From positions 66,705 to 130,704 of the IMG/VR virus record IMGVR_UViG_3300025789_001072: DNA of 64,000 nt. One strand, written 5' to 3'. The stretch is from a virus. Numbering within the stretch: position 1 is the stretch's first letter; each line of letters begins with the position of its first letter. Of the stretch, positions 9,186 through 19,900 are shown piece after piece. Made by a program: the position numbers and the translations under genes. The notes under the pieces were generated by a model. That model ran no database searches, was not told where the DNA came from, and worked only from the letters and a program-made list of their open reading frames with translations.

Positions 9186-9246
9186 GCTTGTTTCTCCTTT
9201 TTAAAGCGAGTATACTGTAGACGACCCATCATTGGCATCGTCTACA
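9186..9246 (-). promoter_or_regulatory. ROSE-like RNA thermometer in the hsp20 5' UTR
   Basis: 5' hairpin TGTAGACGA/TCGTCTACA, then CTCGCT able to pair with SD AGGAG with a bulged G. Confidence 0.7.
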
Positions 9247-9259
9247 TATATTTAGTAAT

Positions 9260-9874
9260 TCACACATCATTTGTCAAGGGTTTATTTTGAATTATTTTTT
9301 TACAAAGATTTATAAAATAATCTTGCATAAAATTAGCTTTCATATGATTTATATCTTTATGCACAATTTGTATGTTACTTGTTTTATATCCAATAGAATT
9401 ATTAATTCTATCAATAGATGCTGTTCTATTATGGAAATCAATTTCTAATCCTGACAACGCACACTTTTTATTCTGTTTAATATAAAGATTCCAAACATCT
9501 TGCATCGTTATTTCAAAGACATAATTTCTATCTTTTGCTTGTTTTTGTATTCGTGCCCAATATGTGCCAGTAATTTGTTCATAGCCTTTAAAATTATTTG
9601 GTCTTGGATTTTTCTTGCATCCACAATTTCTTACACCGTCTCTTCTTGATATTTGATTAGCAGTTCTTTCAATAAGATTTCCGCACACACATTCACATAT
9701 CCACTTTGCAGGTTTAATACCTATTTCGGTCAATCTTTCCTTAACAATTAAATCACCAACTCTATATCCAATATCAATTTTTGCATTTACGGGTTTTAAT
9801 CCTTTAACTTTTTTTCCATTTTGTCTGCTTCTTTCTTTGTGCAGTTCGCTTCTTTCAAATATTCCTTTTGGCAT
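9260..9874 (-). CDS. HNH/Endo VII-like free-standing homing endonuclease
   Basis: WICECVCGN, CALSG, SIDRINNSIGY...NIQIVHKDINHMK. Confidence 0.8.
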   Translation of the reverse strand: MPKGIFERSELHKERSRQNGKKVKGLKPVNAKIDIGYRVGDLIVKERLTEIGIKPAKWICECVCGNLIERTANQISRRDGVRNCGCKKNPRPNNFKGYEQITGTYWARIQKQAKDRNYVFEITMQDVWNLYIKQNKKCALSGLEIDFHNRTASIDRINNSIGYKTSNIQIVHKDINHMKANFMQDYFINLCKKIIQNKPLTNDV

Positions 9875-9884
9875 TTTTATTTCC

Positions 9885-9930
9885 TTTTAGGTGGTGTGTA
9901 TTATATTTATTTATCACACACCACCTAAAA
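9885..9930 (-). promoter_or_regulatory. 15-bp hairpin abutting the endonuclease RBS, with TAAATA in the loop
   Basis: ttttaggtggtgtgt / acacaccacctaaaa; minus-strand loop GATAAATAAATATAAT. Confidence 0.65.
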
Positions 9931-9932
9931 TA

Positions 9933-11036
9933 TTATTTTTCATAAATTTTATTAACTTGATTATTAACCAACACAAATGTTGTGCGTTTAGATAGTTCTT
10001 TCAGCGACTTGCTGCCCGTATAAGTTAGAGTGCTTCTTATTCCACCAAGAATGTCTTGTAGGGTATCGCCAACATCACCACGATACGGCACAGCAACTTC
10101 TTTGCCTTCTGCAGCACGATATGATTTCAATCCACCACTGTGCTTGTCATTGGCAGACTTTGAACTCATACCATAGAATTTGACAAACTGTTTAGTCGTA
10201 AAGATATCATCAGGAGTGCCATCATCTTGTATCCATACTTGATTACTGCGTGTCATTTGTGATACAATTTTGCCACCACCCTGATCATGTCCTGACAACA
10301 TTCCTCCTAACATTACAAAGTCTGCACCAGCCCCAAAAGCCTTAGACACATCGCCAGGACAAACGCAACCCCCATCACTAATGATATGTCCACCAAGCCC
10401 ATGAGCAGCATCAGCACACTCAATAATAGCACTAAGCTGTGGATAACCAACACCCGTTTTGAGACGAGTAGTACAGACACTGCCAGGACCAATACCAACT
10501 TTAATAATATCTGCTCCACTCAGTATCAACTCCTCTGTCATATCACCAGTTACTACATTGCCAGCAATGATAATTAGATCAGGATTTTCCATACGGAACC
10601 GTTTAACAAACTCTACAAATCGTTCTGTATAACCATTGGCAACATCAATACAAACAAACTTGATGTTATCCTTTGGCAACTTGCTTACAACAAGTTTGAA
10701 CTTTTCGTATTCTTCATCTTTAATACCAAGTCCATAAGCCCAATATTCTTGAATATTAAATCCAGTGCGACCAATCCATAACACAAGTTCTTCTGTGGTA
10801 TAATTCTTGCGCAAACATGTGAACATCTTATAAGTGGCAAGTTTTTCTGCCATCTCAAATGTTCCAACACCATCCATATTTGCCGCCATAATTCCTACAC
10901 CAGACCAATAACGATGACTATTACGAAATGTAAAAGTTCGTTCTAGCGACACTTCCTCACGACTCGTTAGTGTGGACCGTTTAGGCAAGATTAGAACGTC
11001 GGAGAAATCCAACTTTTGATCGTTGATTATACGCAT
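9933..11036 (-). CDS. guaC: GMP reductase
   Basis: [46 protein letters not shown]. Confidence 0.95.
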   Translation of the reverse strand: MRIINDQKLDFSDVLILPKRSTLTSREEVSLERTFTFRNSHRYWSGVGIMAANMDGVGTFEMAEKLATYKMFTCLRKNYTTEELVLWIGRTGFNIQEYWAYGLGIKDEEYEKFKLVVSKLPKDNIKFVCIDVANGYTERFVEFVKRFRMENPDLIIIAGNVVTGDMTEELILSGADIIKVGIGPGSVCTTRLKTGVGYPQLSAIIECADAAHGLGGHIISDGGCVCPGDVSKAFGAGADFVMLGGMLSGHDQGGGKIVSQMTRSNQVWIQDDGTPDDIFTTKQFVKFYGMSSKSANDKHSGGLKSYRAAEGKEVAVPYRGDVGDTLQDILGGIRSTLTYTGSKSLKELSKRTTFVLVNNQVNKIYEK

Positions 11037-11060
11037 TTTAAACCTATTGGTTAGAGTTGA

Positions 11061-11309
11061 TTAATTAGCAACGCCGCTAGCACGAAGTTCTTTCAACTTC
11101 TTCTGCCAACGTTTCTGTGCACGAGCCTTTGACTTCTTACGTTTCATGCTTGGCGTTTCAAAACGCTCACGTTCACGCAACATCTGGTGAATACCATCTT
11201 GCTGCAACAACTTCTTCATCTTACGAAGTGCCTTGGTGACATCGCCATTATGAACTTCTACAAAAAGTCCTTTCTGACGAACATTTTCTAATTCTGGAGT
11301 ATTACTCAT
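11061..11309 (-). CDS. rpsU: Ribosomal protein bS21
   Basis: VHNGDVTKALRKMKK...RERFETPSMKRKK. Confidence 0.9.
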   Translation of the reverse strand: MSNTPELENVRQKGLFVEVHNGDVTKALRKMKKLLQQDGIHQMLRERERFETPSMKRKKSKARAQKRWQKKLKELRASGVAN

Positions 11310-11691
11310 TATTTTCCTCTTTTAAGTAATTATTATATTGTAGCAGCAACCAAGAATAAATGTCAAATACATTTTTATGTGTGGCTGCACCTAATTCATT
11401 TTGCCCTAATGCCCAAGTAGTACGCTGTGCAAGTAGCCAACCTTTAAGCAATTCTTTACTACCACTAAATCTGCAATTTATTAGAGTAGCATAGGCGTGT
11501 TTGTGGGCATTTATGCACCATATATCACTTTCATCTTTGCTACCATATAAAAAAATTGTAATTGGAAACTGTAGTTCTTTTATGGCGTGTGATAGTTTTT
11601 CAACATCCGACCATTCAACATCAACCAGCAATATCTTAAACCTAGCATCAAGGTCTAAATCTGGTGCGGTTACTATTCTGCTATCATTCAT
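11302..11691 (-). CDS. Hypothetical phage protein
   Basis: 129-aa ORF overlapping both neighbours. Confidence 0.7.
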   Translation of the reverse strand: MNDSRIVTAPDLDLDARFKILLVDVEWSDVEKLSHAIKELQFPITIFLYGSKDESDIWCINAHKHAYATLINCRFSGSKELLKGWLLAQRTTWALGQNELGAATHKNVFDIYSWLLLQYNNYLKEENNE

Positions 11692-13199
11692 ACATTTAAC
11701 GTTTCTAGTGCAGTTTGTTCAGCATTAGTCATATCGTCAAACTCAATCTCTGCTCGCTGTAATCTGCCCAACTGCCAATGTTTCCAATTTATATTATCAG
11801 TATAGCCAGTATTTTGTGTTTTGTCAACTAAAATCCAACTATCGCCATTCCATTTATACAAGTTATTTGGTTCATTGGTTATAATAAAAAGTTGTCCAAC
11901 ATATGGCGTTATACCAGCCACACTTGGAAATTGTGGACCAACAATATCGGTATCAACATCAAGCAAGTATGCCTTATCATCAACGCCTGATTGTTCTTCA
12001 CGTAAGATTTCATTTTCCGCATGAAGTCTATGAATTTCGTTGTTCTTTACATCTATTTCTTTTAACAACTGATCGAGTGCACCCGTTAAATCACCAATGG
12101 TTTTTGTGTCATTGATTACTTCAACAGGAACTTCAACAATCTTTTCTACTTCTACAATCTTTTCTACTTCAACAATACGCTCAACAACGGTTATAGTTGG
12201 AACTTCTACTATCTTTTCAACGATTTGTTCTTCGTAGATAGGGACTGCTTGTGTAATCACACGTTCAATTACTTGCGGTTCACGATTGCGAAGTTCTTCT
12301 ACTTCTGCTTGTAGGGCTTCTGCACGAACAATAGCATCATTATTGTAAACTGTAACTATTTTTTCAACAGGAACCTCTACAATCTTTTCAATATATTCTA
12401 CTGTGTTTTCTTCTTTAGGTTTACGCCACGACATACTCATGGTTGCACCCAACACAAGTGATACCGCAAGTGGATCAAAAACTGCTACAATAAAGATAAT
12501 AACCCAACGAACTGCTCGTTCAAGCAAGTTTTTGTCAACAGCATCACCGTATATCAATTGAGCAATATACTTGATTGGTCCAACTTCTGCTTCAACTTTA
12601 AGTTGTGCCTGGTTAAGTTTTAACTTTTGGCTATTTAAATCCTGAATACGCTTGTTGGTATCATCAATTGTTTTGTTAGCCGCATCACGATCTTTCTTTT
12701 GACTATCACGAAGTTTGGTTGCCTGTGTGGTCAGCGTTGCTGTGCGGTTGTTGTCTTTAGTAGCATTTGATGCGCCACTGTTCAACAATCCATTAACAGC
12801 ATCATCCATTTGCGCAATAATCTTTTGATTATCTTTAATTCGTTGTTGTTCTACTGCAAGGTTTTGGTCAACCTGTTCAATGAGTAGCGTATTATCACCT
12901 ACCGAACTTGTAGTTTCAATGTGTGCACGTGATAGGAAACCAAAGATACCCATACTTGTAACAAACATTAGCACGATAACCGCAAGACTCAAGTAGTATT
13001 TGATAAAAAAATTTATCTTGTTCCAATTGCCATGCAACCATACTGTGGTAATAATCTTACCAACTTCTAACACGGTTCCCATAATGATAATAGGAATAAC
13101 TGCACCACTAAAGATGGCGGTTAAACCAGCAATACTATAATATGCTGCAACACCACTGATTGAGATGGCACTTAACAATGCTAAAATGTTTAGGAACAT
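11688..13199 (-). CDS. Membrane protein with coiled coil and VEKIVEVP repeats
   Basis: Three N-terminal hydrophobic helices, coiled coil, TM segment with FDPLA, repeated VEKIVEV. Confidence 0.75.
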   Translation of the reverse strand: MFLNILALLSAISISGVAAYYSIAGLTAIFSGAVIPIIIMGTVLEVGKIITTVWLHGNWNKINFFIKYYLSLAVIVLMFVTSMGIFGFLSRAHIETTSSVGDNTLLIEQVDQNLAVEQQRIKDNQKIIAQMDDAVNGLLNSGASNATKDNNRTATLTTQATKLRDSQKKDRDAANKTIDDTNKRIQDLNSQKLKLNQAQLKVEAEVGPIKYIAQLIYGDAVDKNLLERAVRWVIIFIVAVFDPLAVSLVLGATMSMSWRKPKEENTVEYIEKIVEVPVEKIVTVYNNDAIVRAEALQAEVEELRNREPQVIERVITQAVPIYEEQIVEKIVEVPTITVVERIVEVEKIVEVEKIVEVPVEVINDTKTIGDLTGALDQLLKEIDVKNNEIHRLHAENEILREEQSGVDDKAYLLDVDTDIVGPQFPSVAGITPYVGQLFIITNEPNNLYKWNGDSWILVDKTQNTGYTDNINWKHWQLGRLQRAEIEFDDMTNAEQTALETLNV

Positions 13200-13576
13200 T
13201 ATATATTTACCTTGTTTTCAACCACATACCAACCAATTTTTTTAAAATCTTCACGAATCTCTTCGTCAACCATACCTTCGGAAATGTAGTTAGTATCATC
13301 GTTAAAACTTGCTGTATAGTAACGCATATAATCACCGCTGAAAGAACCATCATATAAACCAGCAGCAATACCGCCCGCATGACGCCACGAGCAAGACCAG
13401 TGGTCTGCTGCCAAGATTGATAGCACTTCTGCCTTTATAAATTCATTATTGCAGAGTGTAGCATAAAGATGCTGACAATATGTGTCATTATTTCGTGCTT
13501 TATCACGAATATACTGACTATAAAATAAATCTGCTTCAAGGTTTGGTTTAGGTTGATCAGTCATAATACGCTCCAT
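13199..13576 (-). CDS. Hypothetical phage protein
   Basis: LYATLCNNEF...WSCSWRHAGGI...EGMVDEEI; true start possibly MTDQ. Confidence 0.7.
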   Translation of the reverse strand: MERIMTDQPKPNLEADLFYSQYIRDKARNNDTYCQHLYATLCNNEFIKAEVLSILAADHWSCSWRHAGGIAAGLYDGSFSGDYMRYYTASFNDDTNYISEGMVDEEIREDFKKIGWYVVENKVNI

Positions 13577-13649
13577 GAATATTTAATCTATCACACACCA
13601 AGCCATGTAGCAATATTAAAATAAATATTGTAAAGGGAGAAAATCAACC

Positions 13650-14408
13650 ATGTTAAAAGACCAAAGCCTACCCGAATTAGCCGTTACTATGGCAGAATTA
13701 GCAAGCGCAGCCTATCAAGATGACAATAAAGCCATCTATGCTGCTCTTGGATTTAAGAAATATAAATTTTTAGATAATGAAGGCGCACAAGGGCATGTTG
13801 CTGCAAGTGATAGCGAAGTAATTGTTTCTTGCCGTGGAACACAACCTACACAGCCAAATGATTTACTTGCCGACCTTGATACTATTCCAAAGCGTCACGG
13901 CAAAGGATGGGTTCATGAAGGTTTCCGTCGTGAAGCACGTAAAATTCTTGACCAAGTTTTAGATTGGGCAGCGAAGAATAAGGGCAAAGACATTTATGTT
14001 ACTGGTCACAGTCTTGGTGCTGCAATGGCACTTTATATTACCCAAGAACTAGAATTTGCTGGATATCCACCAACGAAACTTATGACCTTTGGACAGCCTC
14101 GTCTTGGAAATGCTGATTATGTGTCGGACATTAAAACTGACCACTATCGTTTTGTAAATTGTAATGATATGGTTACGCATGTGCCACCGCCAGTGTTGCT
14201 ATTCAAGCATCATGGACAACTATGCTATATCAACTTCTATGGCAACATTCGTCCACTAAGCCGTTATCAACGCTTTAAGGATAGCATGAGAGCGCATTGG
14301 CGTTGTTGGAAGAAAGGTCAATTGTTTGATGGACTATATGACCACAACATGGGTCTTTATATTGAAAAGTTGACCAATATTCGTGATACTGGTCAAAGTA
14401 TTAATTAA
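13650..14408 (+). CDS. Class 3 lipase
   Basis: CRGT, VHEGF, TGHSLGAA, TFGQPRLG, RFVNCNDMVTHVPP. Confidence 0.93.
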   Translation: MLKDQSLPELAVTMAELASAAYQDDNKAIYAALGFKKYKFLDNEGAQGHVAASDSEVIVSCRGTQPTQPNDLLADLDTIPKRHGKGWVHEGFRREARKILDQVLDWAAKNKGKDIYVTGHSLGAAMALYITQELEFAGYPPTKLMTFGQPRLGNADYVSDIKTDHYRFVNCNDMVTHVPPPVLLFKHHGQLCYINFYGNIRPLSRYQRFKDSMRAHWRCWKKGQLFDGLYDHNMGLYIEKLTNIRDTGQSIN

Positions 14409-14875
14409 TTTGCATCCGTATAAAACCAGTGGTGTCCTATCTTTCTAATAAACTTGAACTGTTTGTTCTTAAAAGGTTTATTATTAAAGTATAGAGCACC
14501 GCCGGTTGGATCAACCATATAGGTTGAATACAACACCATCATCGCAATGCTATAAAAATCATTGCGTTCATCTACCTTATCTATTGGCTTAAATGGAAAG
14601 CAAATAAAAGTAAACTGGCAATCCATACCATGTTTTTCATAAACAATCTTACATGGTGAGTTAGGAAACTTACCACTTTGCAATCTGTTACGAACTACCC
14701 AAGCAATAGCAACTTGTCCCTGATAGTCTTCGCCACGAGCCTCATTGTAAACGGCTTGAGCAACACACTCGCTAGGATTTTCCACAACAATAGGTTTTTG
14801 GGGTTTGGGGTCTTTGGCTAAAACAGGATAACTCACTGTTAAGAGCAGCGCCAAAGAGATTAAAAATTTTTTCAT
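14405..14875 (-). CDS. Cell wall hydrolase (SleB/Hydrolase_2) with signal peptide
   Basis: CVAQAVYNEARGE, VVRNR, CQF, DPTGGALYF, IGHHWFY; start moved to MKKFL because the track's TTG lies in tmRNA. Confidence 0.9.
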   Translation of the reverse strand: MKKFLISLALLLTVSYPVLAKDPKPQKPIVVENPSECVAQAVYNEARGEDYQGQVAIAWVVRNRLQSGKFPNSPCKIVYEKHGMDCQFTFICFPFKPIDKVDERNDFYSIAMMVLYSTYMVDPTGGALYFNNKPFKNKQFKFIRKIGHHWFYTDAN

Positions 14876-14884
14876 CGCCCTCAA

Positions 14885-15190
14885 TAAAAAAGTGCAACTT
14901 TTCTGTTTCGAGGTAAGTTGCCAACCCAAGAAATTAAGCTACTAGAGCCATTTCAATTAATGCATTATCGTTAGCATTTATTACGTTTACTAACATCTAC
15001 TCAAAACCTTTACTACACCTGTCGATCCTAATTGCCGCCCATCAAAGATACACCGTCATGGACTCAAACCATAATAGCATTAGAGTTAACTAATCTATGT
15101 ATCATACCCCACGTCTGGGCAGTGTATCTATGGTGGACGGCGAGAGAATTGCACTCTCGTCCAGCATGTTTATTCTGTTTTGCCTCAACA
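14885..15190 (-). ncRNA. ssrA: Circularly permuted two-piece tmRNA; tag ANDNALIEMALVA at 14934..14975
   Basis: Acceptor piece GAGAG-TGCAATT-CTCTC-GCCGTCC-A-CCA ends at 15131; intervening segment closed by AGATACAC/GTGTATCT; coding piece starts GGGCGGCAATTAGGATCGAC at 15040 (G3:U70); outer ends approximate. Confidence 0.92.
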
Positions 15191-15196
15191 ATATTA

Positions 15197-15234
15197 GTAT
15201 GTTATTTATAGCATAGGGAAAGGGTTATGTCAAG
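15197..15234 (-). promoter_or_regulatory. tmRNA promoter (TTGACA...TATAAATA), duplicated at 16868..16905
   Basis: gtatgttatttatagc-N15-tgtcaag in both places. Confidence 0.75.
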
Positions 15235-15236
15235 GG

Positions 15237-16031
15237 TTAAATTATTTTATCCCAACTATCCAGATCAGATAACATTTCGTGAAATATAATACCAGGATGT
15301 TTACAATCTCTTGCAAATGATTTTTTCTCTTCCATTGTAGAAAATGCTATTTTTAATTTTTCTTCATTTACTGAAAACAAATTAATATTATTTTCATATG
15401 CAATAAATTTTATAGCATTCCAATTTCTATGCCAAAATATCTGTTGTTCATCATCGCCTGAAAAATAATTTTGATATGCATATTCATAGAAAAACATATT
15501 TTCTTTACTAAGATTATTTCTTTGAGAAAAATCATCAGTTAATACCCAATTACCAATGCCATCACTTTGTTGTTTTTTTCTAATAAATTCTCTACGATTT
15601 TTAAATAGTCCCATTATATAAACATTCTTTTGTTTAATAACTGGTAACCATGCCGCCATTAAACGATACATTGTTTCAATCCCAGCACCAGATTGGCTAA
15701 GATTGTAAAAACACCCACCAATTTTTCTGTTAATTTTATATCCGCATGTATCTTCTATATTAATACCATTTCCTGCAAGTATACTGCATCCTAAAAAAAC
15801 ATTCCCTTCTTCTGGGTTTTCCAAATTAAAATTATCTGGTGTTCTAAATCCATAATTGTTATAGGAATATATTATCTCAGCATCTATCCAATTATTTTTT
15901 TCTAATAAAATTTTATTTTCTTTTAAATTTTTTTTATATGTCTCAATAGAATCTCTATTTGCATACTTTAAAATTTTATTTGATTCATTGTAACTATATG
16001 AAAAATTATTGAAAAATTCTTTATCAGACAT
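15237..16031 (-). CDS. SGNH-like protein
   Basis: YNNYGFR, FLGCSILAG, NLSQSGAG, ARDCKHPG; start set at MSDK. Confidence 0.7.
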   Translation of the reverse strand: MSDKEFFNNFSYSYNESNKILKYANRDSIETYKKNLKENKILLEKNNWIDAEIIYSYNNYGFRTPDNFNLENPEEGNVFLGCSILAGNGINIEDTCGYKINRKIGGCFYNLSQSGAGIETMYRLMAAWLPVIKQKNVYIMGLFKNRREFIRKKQQSDGIGNWVLTDDFSQRNNLSKENMFFYEYAYQNYFSGDDEQQIFWHRNWNAIKFIAYENNINLFSVNEEKLKIAFSTMEEKKSFARDCKHPGIIFHEMLSDLDSWDKII

Positions 16032-16866
16032 TTTTTGTTTGGTCGTCAATATAGGCTAAGATTTGAAATGCTTCTGCGGGATTATCAAGACTTAAACTGC
16101 TCTTGATGTTTGTTTTAAGACGACCTTGACAACGATAACCAGCATTTAATATCTTGATGGTTTCATTACCAATTTTTTTCACCACGCCACCATTTCGTCC
16201 AAGTCTAAATTCAATTTGGATTTGACCTTCAAATTTTGGCACGGGCAGATCGTATATGTTATCATTAAGGTAGAACAGACCAGCACCACCGATCTGAATA
16301 TAATATACTTTTTTCAGATTATATGCTTTAGTGATGATCGATGTATCATTAAAATTAACTTTTTCACCAAGTGCTGCGAGTAAACCAGCACTTTTGGCAT
16401 TATTCCATGCTTTGCTCGTAATTGCACCAATAGGAAAACTATCAATTCTGCTATGCATTTCCACGGGTTCTTGCTTTTGAACAAATTCGATATAGTCAAT
16501 GATAGCTTGCTTCTTTGATTGCACCGCATTTAGAAAATATGGCTGCGCTTCATCATCAATAGTATCACTGTTTACTATCTCAGCCAGATCGGTTGCGGGA
16601 TTATACCGAATACTGGTGCCGCCCATTTGCGCATCTTTATTTTTTTTAATCTCAATATTAAACGGTGCGCCATTAACTTGCAATTCAAGATCAATACCTA
16701 CGCTGCTATAACCAGCAGTGGCAAAGTTAAGATTGGTAAACTTAACACGGTCTTGAAAGTGTGGAATTACATGTTGCACAGATTTTACCACAGCACTTTC
16801 ATATTCTAAACCGCCTGAATTAATACTCATTTCGGTTATGCTTTCTGTGATCTCGTGAATCTTCAT
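16024..16866 (-). CDS. Putative PD-(D/E)XK nuclease with head-targeting-like N-terminus
   Basis: GLEYE...IDLEL...NIEIK...YYIQIGGAGLF; starts MKIHEITE. Confidence 0.5.
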   Translation of the reverse strand: MKIHEITESITEMSINSGGLEYESAVVKSVQHVIPHFQDRVKFTNLNFATAGYSSVGIDLELQVNGAPFNIEIKKNKDAQMGGTSIRYNPATDLAEIVNSDTIDDEAQPYFLNAVQSKKQAIIDYIEFVQKQEPVEMHSRIDSFPIGAITSKAWNNAKSAGLLAALGEKVNFNDTSIITKAYNLKKVYYIQIGGAGLFYLNDNIYDLPVPKFEGQIQIEFRLGRNGGVVKKIGNETIKILNAGYRCQGRLKTNIKSSLSLDNPAEAFQILAYIDDQTKNV

Positions 16867-16867
16867 G

Positions 16868-16905
16868 GTATGTTATTTATAGCCCTAAAGTTATAACTTG
16901 TCAAG
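16868..16905 (-). repeat. Second copy of the duplicated promoter
   Basis: gtatgttatttatagc-N15-tgtcaag. Confidence 0.75.
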
Positions 16906-16910
16906 CGTTT

Positions 16911-19900
16911 TCAATGGCGCTTCGGTGAAGTATAATCACCATCTGGACCACTGCCGCCCCACGCATTAACATCATTACGATCCATCGCAGTATTGGTATT
17001 GTTAAGGATTGTGGTAAAGAATGCACGTAGTTTATCCAAGAATCCACCAAGTGCAACACTTCCTAACAATGTTTGTTTGAGTGCATCAATGTTGTGCGGC
17101 GTAAGTTGACCTAACATTTCCAACATACCATATACCATTTGATCAGTAAAGAATGGAGTTTCATACTTGGTAGTTCCGATATCACCATACAACATTTTGT
17201 TAAGAACGCTTAGCATGGTTCCTACAAATAACTGGTTATTGTTTAACAGCAAACCATTTTGATCCATTGTAGCAAATAGATTTTGACTACGATCAAGTCC
17301 AACCACATAACATTTATTGCCGATTACCAAGATATTACGATTAACTGCTTCTTGTAACATGTTAAGACCGATGTTCTCAAGAACTGCAGGTGACGTTGAT
17401 ATCCAACGCAAATCATAATACTTCTCATCTGCTTGTGCTGGCAACATAACAGTTGGATCATAACCATTATCAATTAACGTTTGATTACGCATTTCAATAT
17501 ACAAATCTTGTGGAGTTTGTGGAATAATTTGGTCTACAAGTTGTGATGGTGTAAGTGGTAGGTTTCCTGTATAAGCATCCATATAGAAGCCCATTGGATC
17601 ACGATAGTATTGACTATGTGGTAACTGGAATCTATCTGTTTGAATACCAAGTGGCTCTAATGCAGCAGCATTACGCCCCATGCGCATTGCAGCCTTGATA
17701 CTATCACCATAAATGTTATTACTGGCAACTTGTTCAATATAGTGTCCAATTTTACCGTAACCATTATCATTGCCAGCGCCAGATAAACCTGCAGCAAACA
17801 CATAAGCAGTAACAGGAGTATTTGAACTATTCTCGAACAGGTTCATGTTATAAGTTTGGATAAAATGATTTTCTTTGAGTATCTGTGCACAACTTGCAGC
17901 ATGTGCAGTTTCTGCTGCTTGAATAATTGCCTGAATAGTTGGATCACTGATGTTCTTGATAACGGTTAACTGTGCTTCCACATACGTTATTGCTGCCAAT
18001 ACTGCAGCATCAAGTGTAGTAAATGAACCTAAGTCTGGAACAATAATAACATCAGCCACTGCGGGTGATCCACTATTTGAATCAGCAGGTGAACCTGGCA
18101 CATAGTAAGTGCCGCCAACCAATGACTGTAGAACACCGATACGGCGAGTTAGTTCTTGTCCTTCTGGTCTTGCAGCAATTACTGTATTTGCATCAATAAT
18201 ATATGGCAAGGTATCATTATGAACATAACCACCAGCAGTTCCAATAAAATCTGCAGTGGTAATTTCACCCAGTGTACCACCGCCATAACCAAATGTTTGC
18301 ATAAGACTGTTTGCTGCAGTGGAAGTAATAGGAGTTGGATTTTGGCTCAAGTATTGTAGGTTTAGACCAGGATCAACCTTAGCAAATGCAGTGCCATAAT
18401 CACTAAATGTTTGTCCCTTTGTCATACCGAGAGAAATAAACTGTTGTCCAAGATCACTGAAACTTTGACTTGGACTACTTTGCGCTAGGTTGGGACACAT
18501 ATGAGCGAAATCTGTTAATTGTCCAAGATTTTGCAGCGGCTTGGTAATATTAAATTGTGAACTTACTGCGCCAATGGCATTGGTATCAGTAATTGAATTA
18601 AGTATGGCTTTAACTGGTGCGTCATGCAGTGGATTATCAATGCCAGCAACAGGTAGACCTGCACTCACAAGACTAGAAGTTAGCCCCGTAACACCACCCA
18701 ATCCTGCATTTAGTATTTGATTAGCAACATTAGCGGGTTGTTGTAAACGTAGCAGCGATGAGGTGTCCATGTTTCCAAGACCTAACATATCACTAGCAGC
18801 ACCGCCGACATCTCTGGTAACTGATGTTAGCCCATAACTTATAAGATCATTATTATTTCTTATATTAGCACCAAGACCATTTATGCCATTTCCAAATTGT
18901 TGTGCAACAGCTTCGGCAGTAGCGCCAACAACATTGTTTGCAATACCACTATAAGCACTTGCCATACCAATATTATTGACAAAGTTGTTCATGTTTCCGC
19001 TGCCGCCGCCAACCATATTTTGTGCAACAGTTTGAATCATTCCATTCAATCCGCCAGCAGCACCAAATTGCTGAATTGCATTTGGAAATGGACTATCTTT
19101 CAAAACACCATTTAGTGGACCTAATAAATTACCTACAACGCCTTGTGTAACATTGCCTACGACGCCATTTAACATGCCATTGACGCCGCCTCGCAGACCG
19201 CCAACGATTGCACTGTTAACAAGTCCGTTTATTCCACCTGGCAGAACACCAGTTAAACTTGGTAGAATGTTAGCACCCATTTGACTTAGTGCCTGAAATG
19301 CGCCGCCACTGATACTATTGAGTGCAGTTGCTATTAATCCGCCAGCACCACCAGCAAAGTTACCAACAGCACTACTAATTACGTTACTAATACCACCAGT
19401 TGCTGCATTCATCGCAGCATTAACTATATTGCCACCACCGCTCATGACAGCAGATGCTAAACCTGTGATTGGGCTTGCACCAACTGCTTTTGTTACAGCA
19501 TCAAGAACACTGTTTACTCCCATTGCACCACCAACAGCAGCCGAAGCCATTGCCATCAATCCAGCAGGTGATAAACCAGCAGCAGCACAACCTGCGCCAC
19601 CAAAACTAGTTCCGCCGCTATTTGTTCCCTCTACTGCACCATTGCCTTTTGGCGGTGTGCGATTAGATGTAGGTACACCGCTTGTATCTAAGCCTGCACC
19701 TTTAGCAAGACCAGCGCCACCAGCATATTGTCCTTCAATATGATTGATTGCATCGCCTGTTGTTCCATTTAGATCAACACCGTTGACCGCAAGATTATGT
19801 TGAAGACTCGGAGATAATGAACTAATTGGTGTGCTTGGATCACTGTTAAACAACGCATGCGCACCACCACTGCCTTGCTGATAGATTACATAGGCTTCGG

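Noticed and set aside
12110-12400. Repetitive DNA resembling a short repeat array
   Set aside because: Encodes VEKIVEVP protein repeats; no constant repeat/unique spacer pattern, so not CRISPR
14876-14929. N-terminal extension of the cell wall hydrolase in the ORF track
   Set aside because: Overlaps the tmRNA 3' region; MKKFL with a GAGG RBS gives a canonical signal peptide
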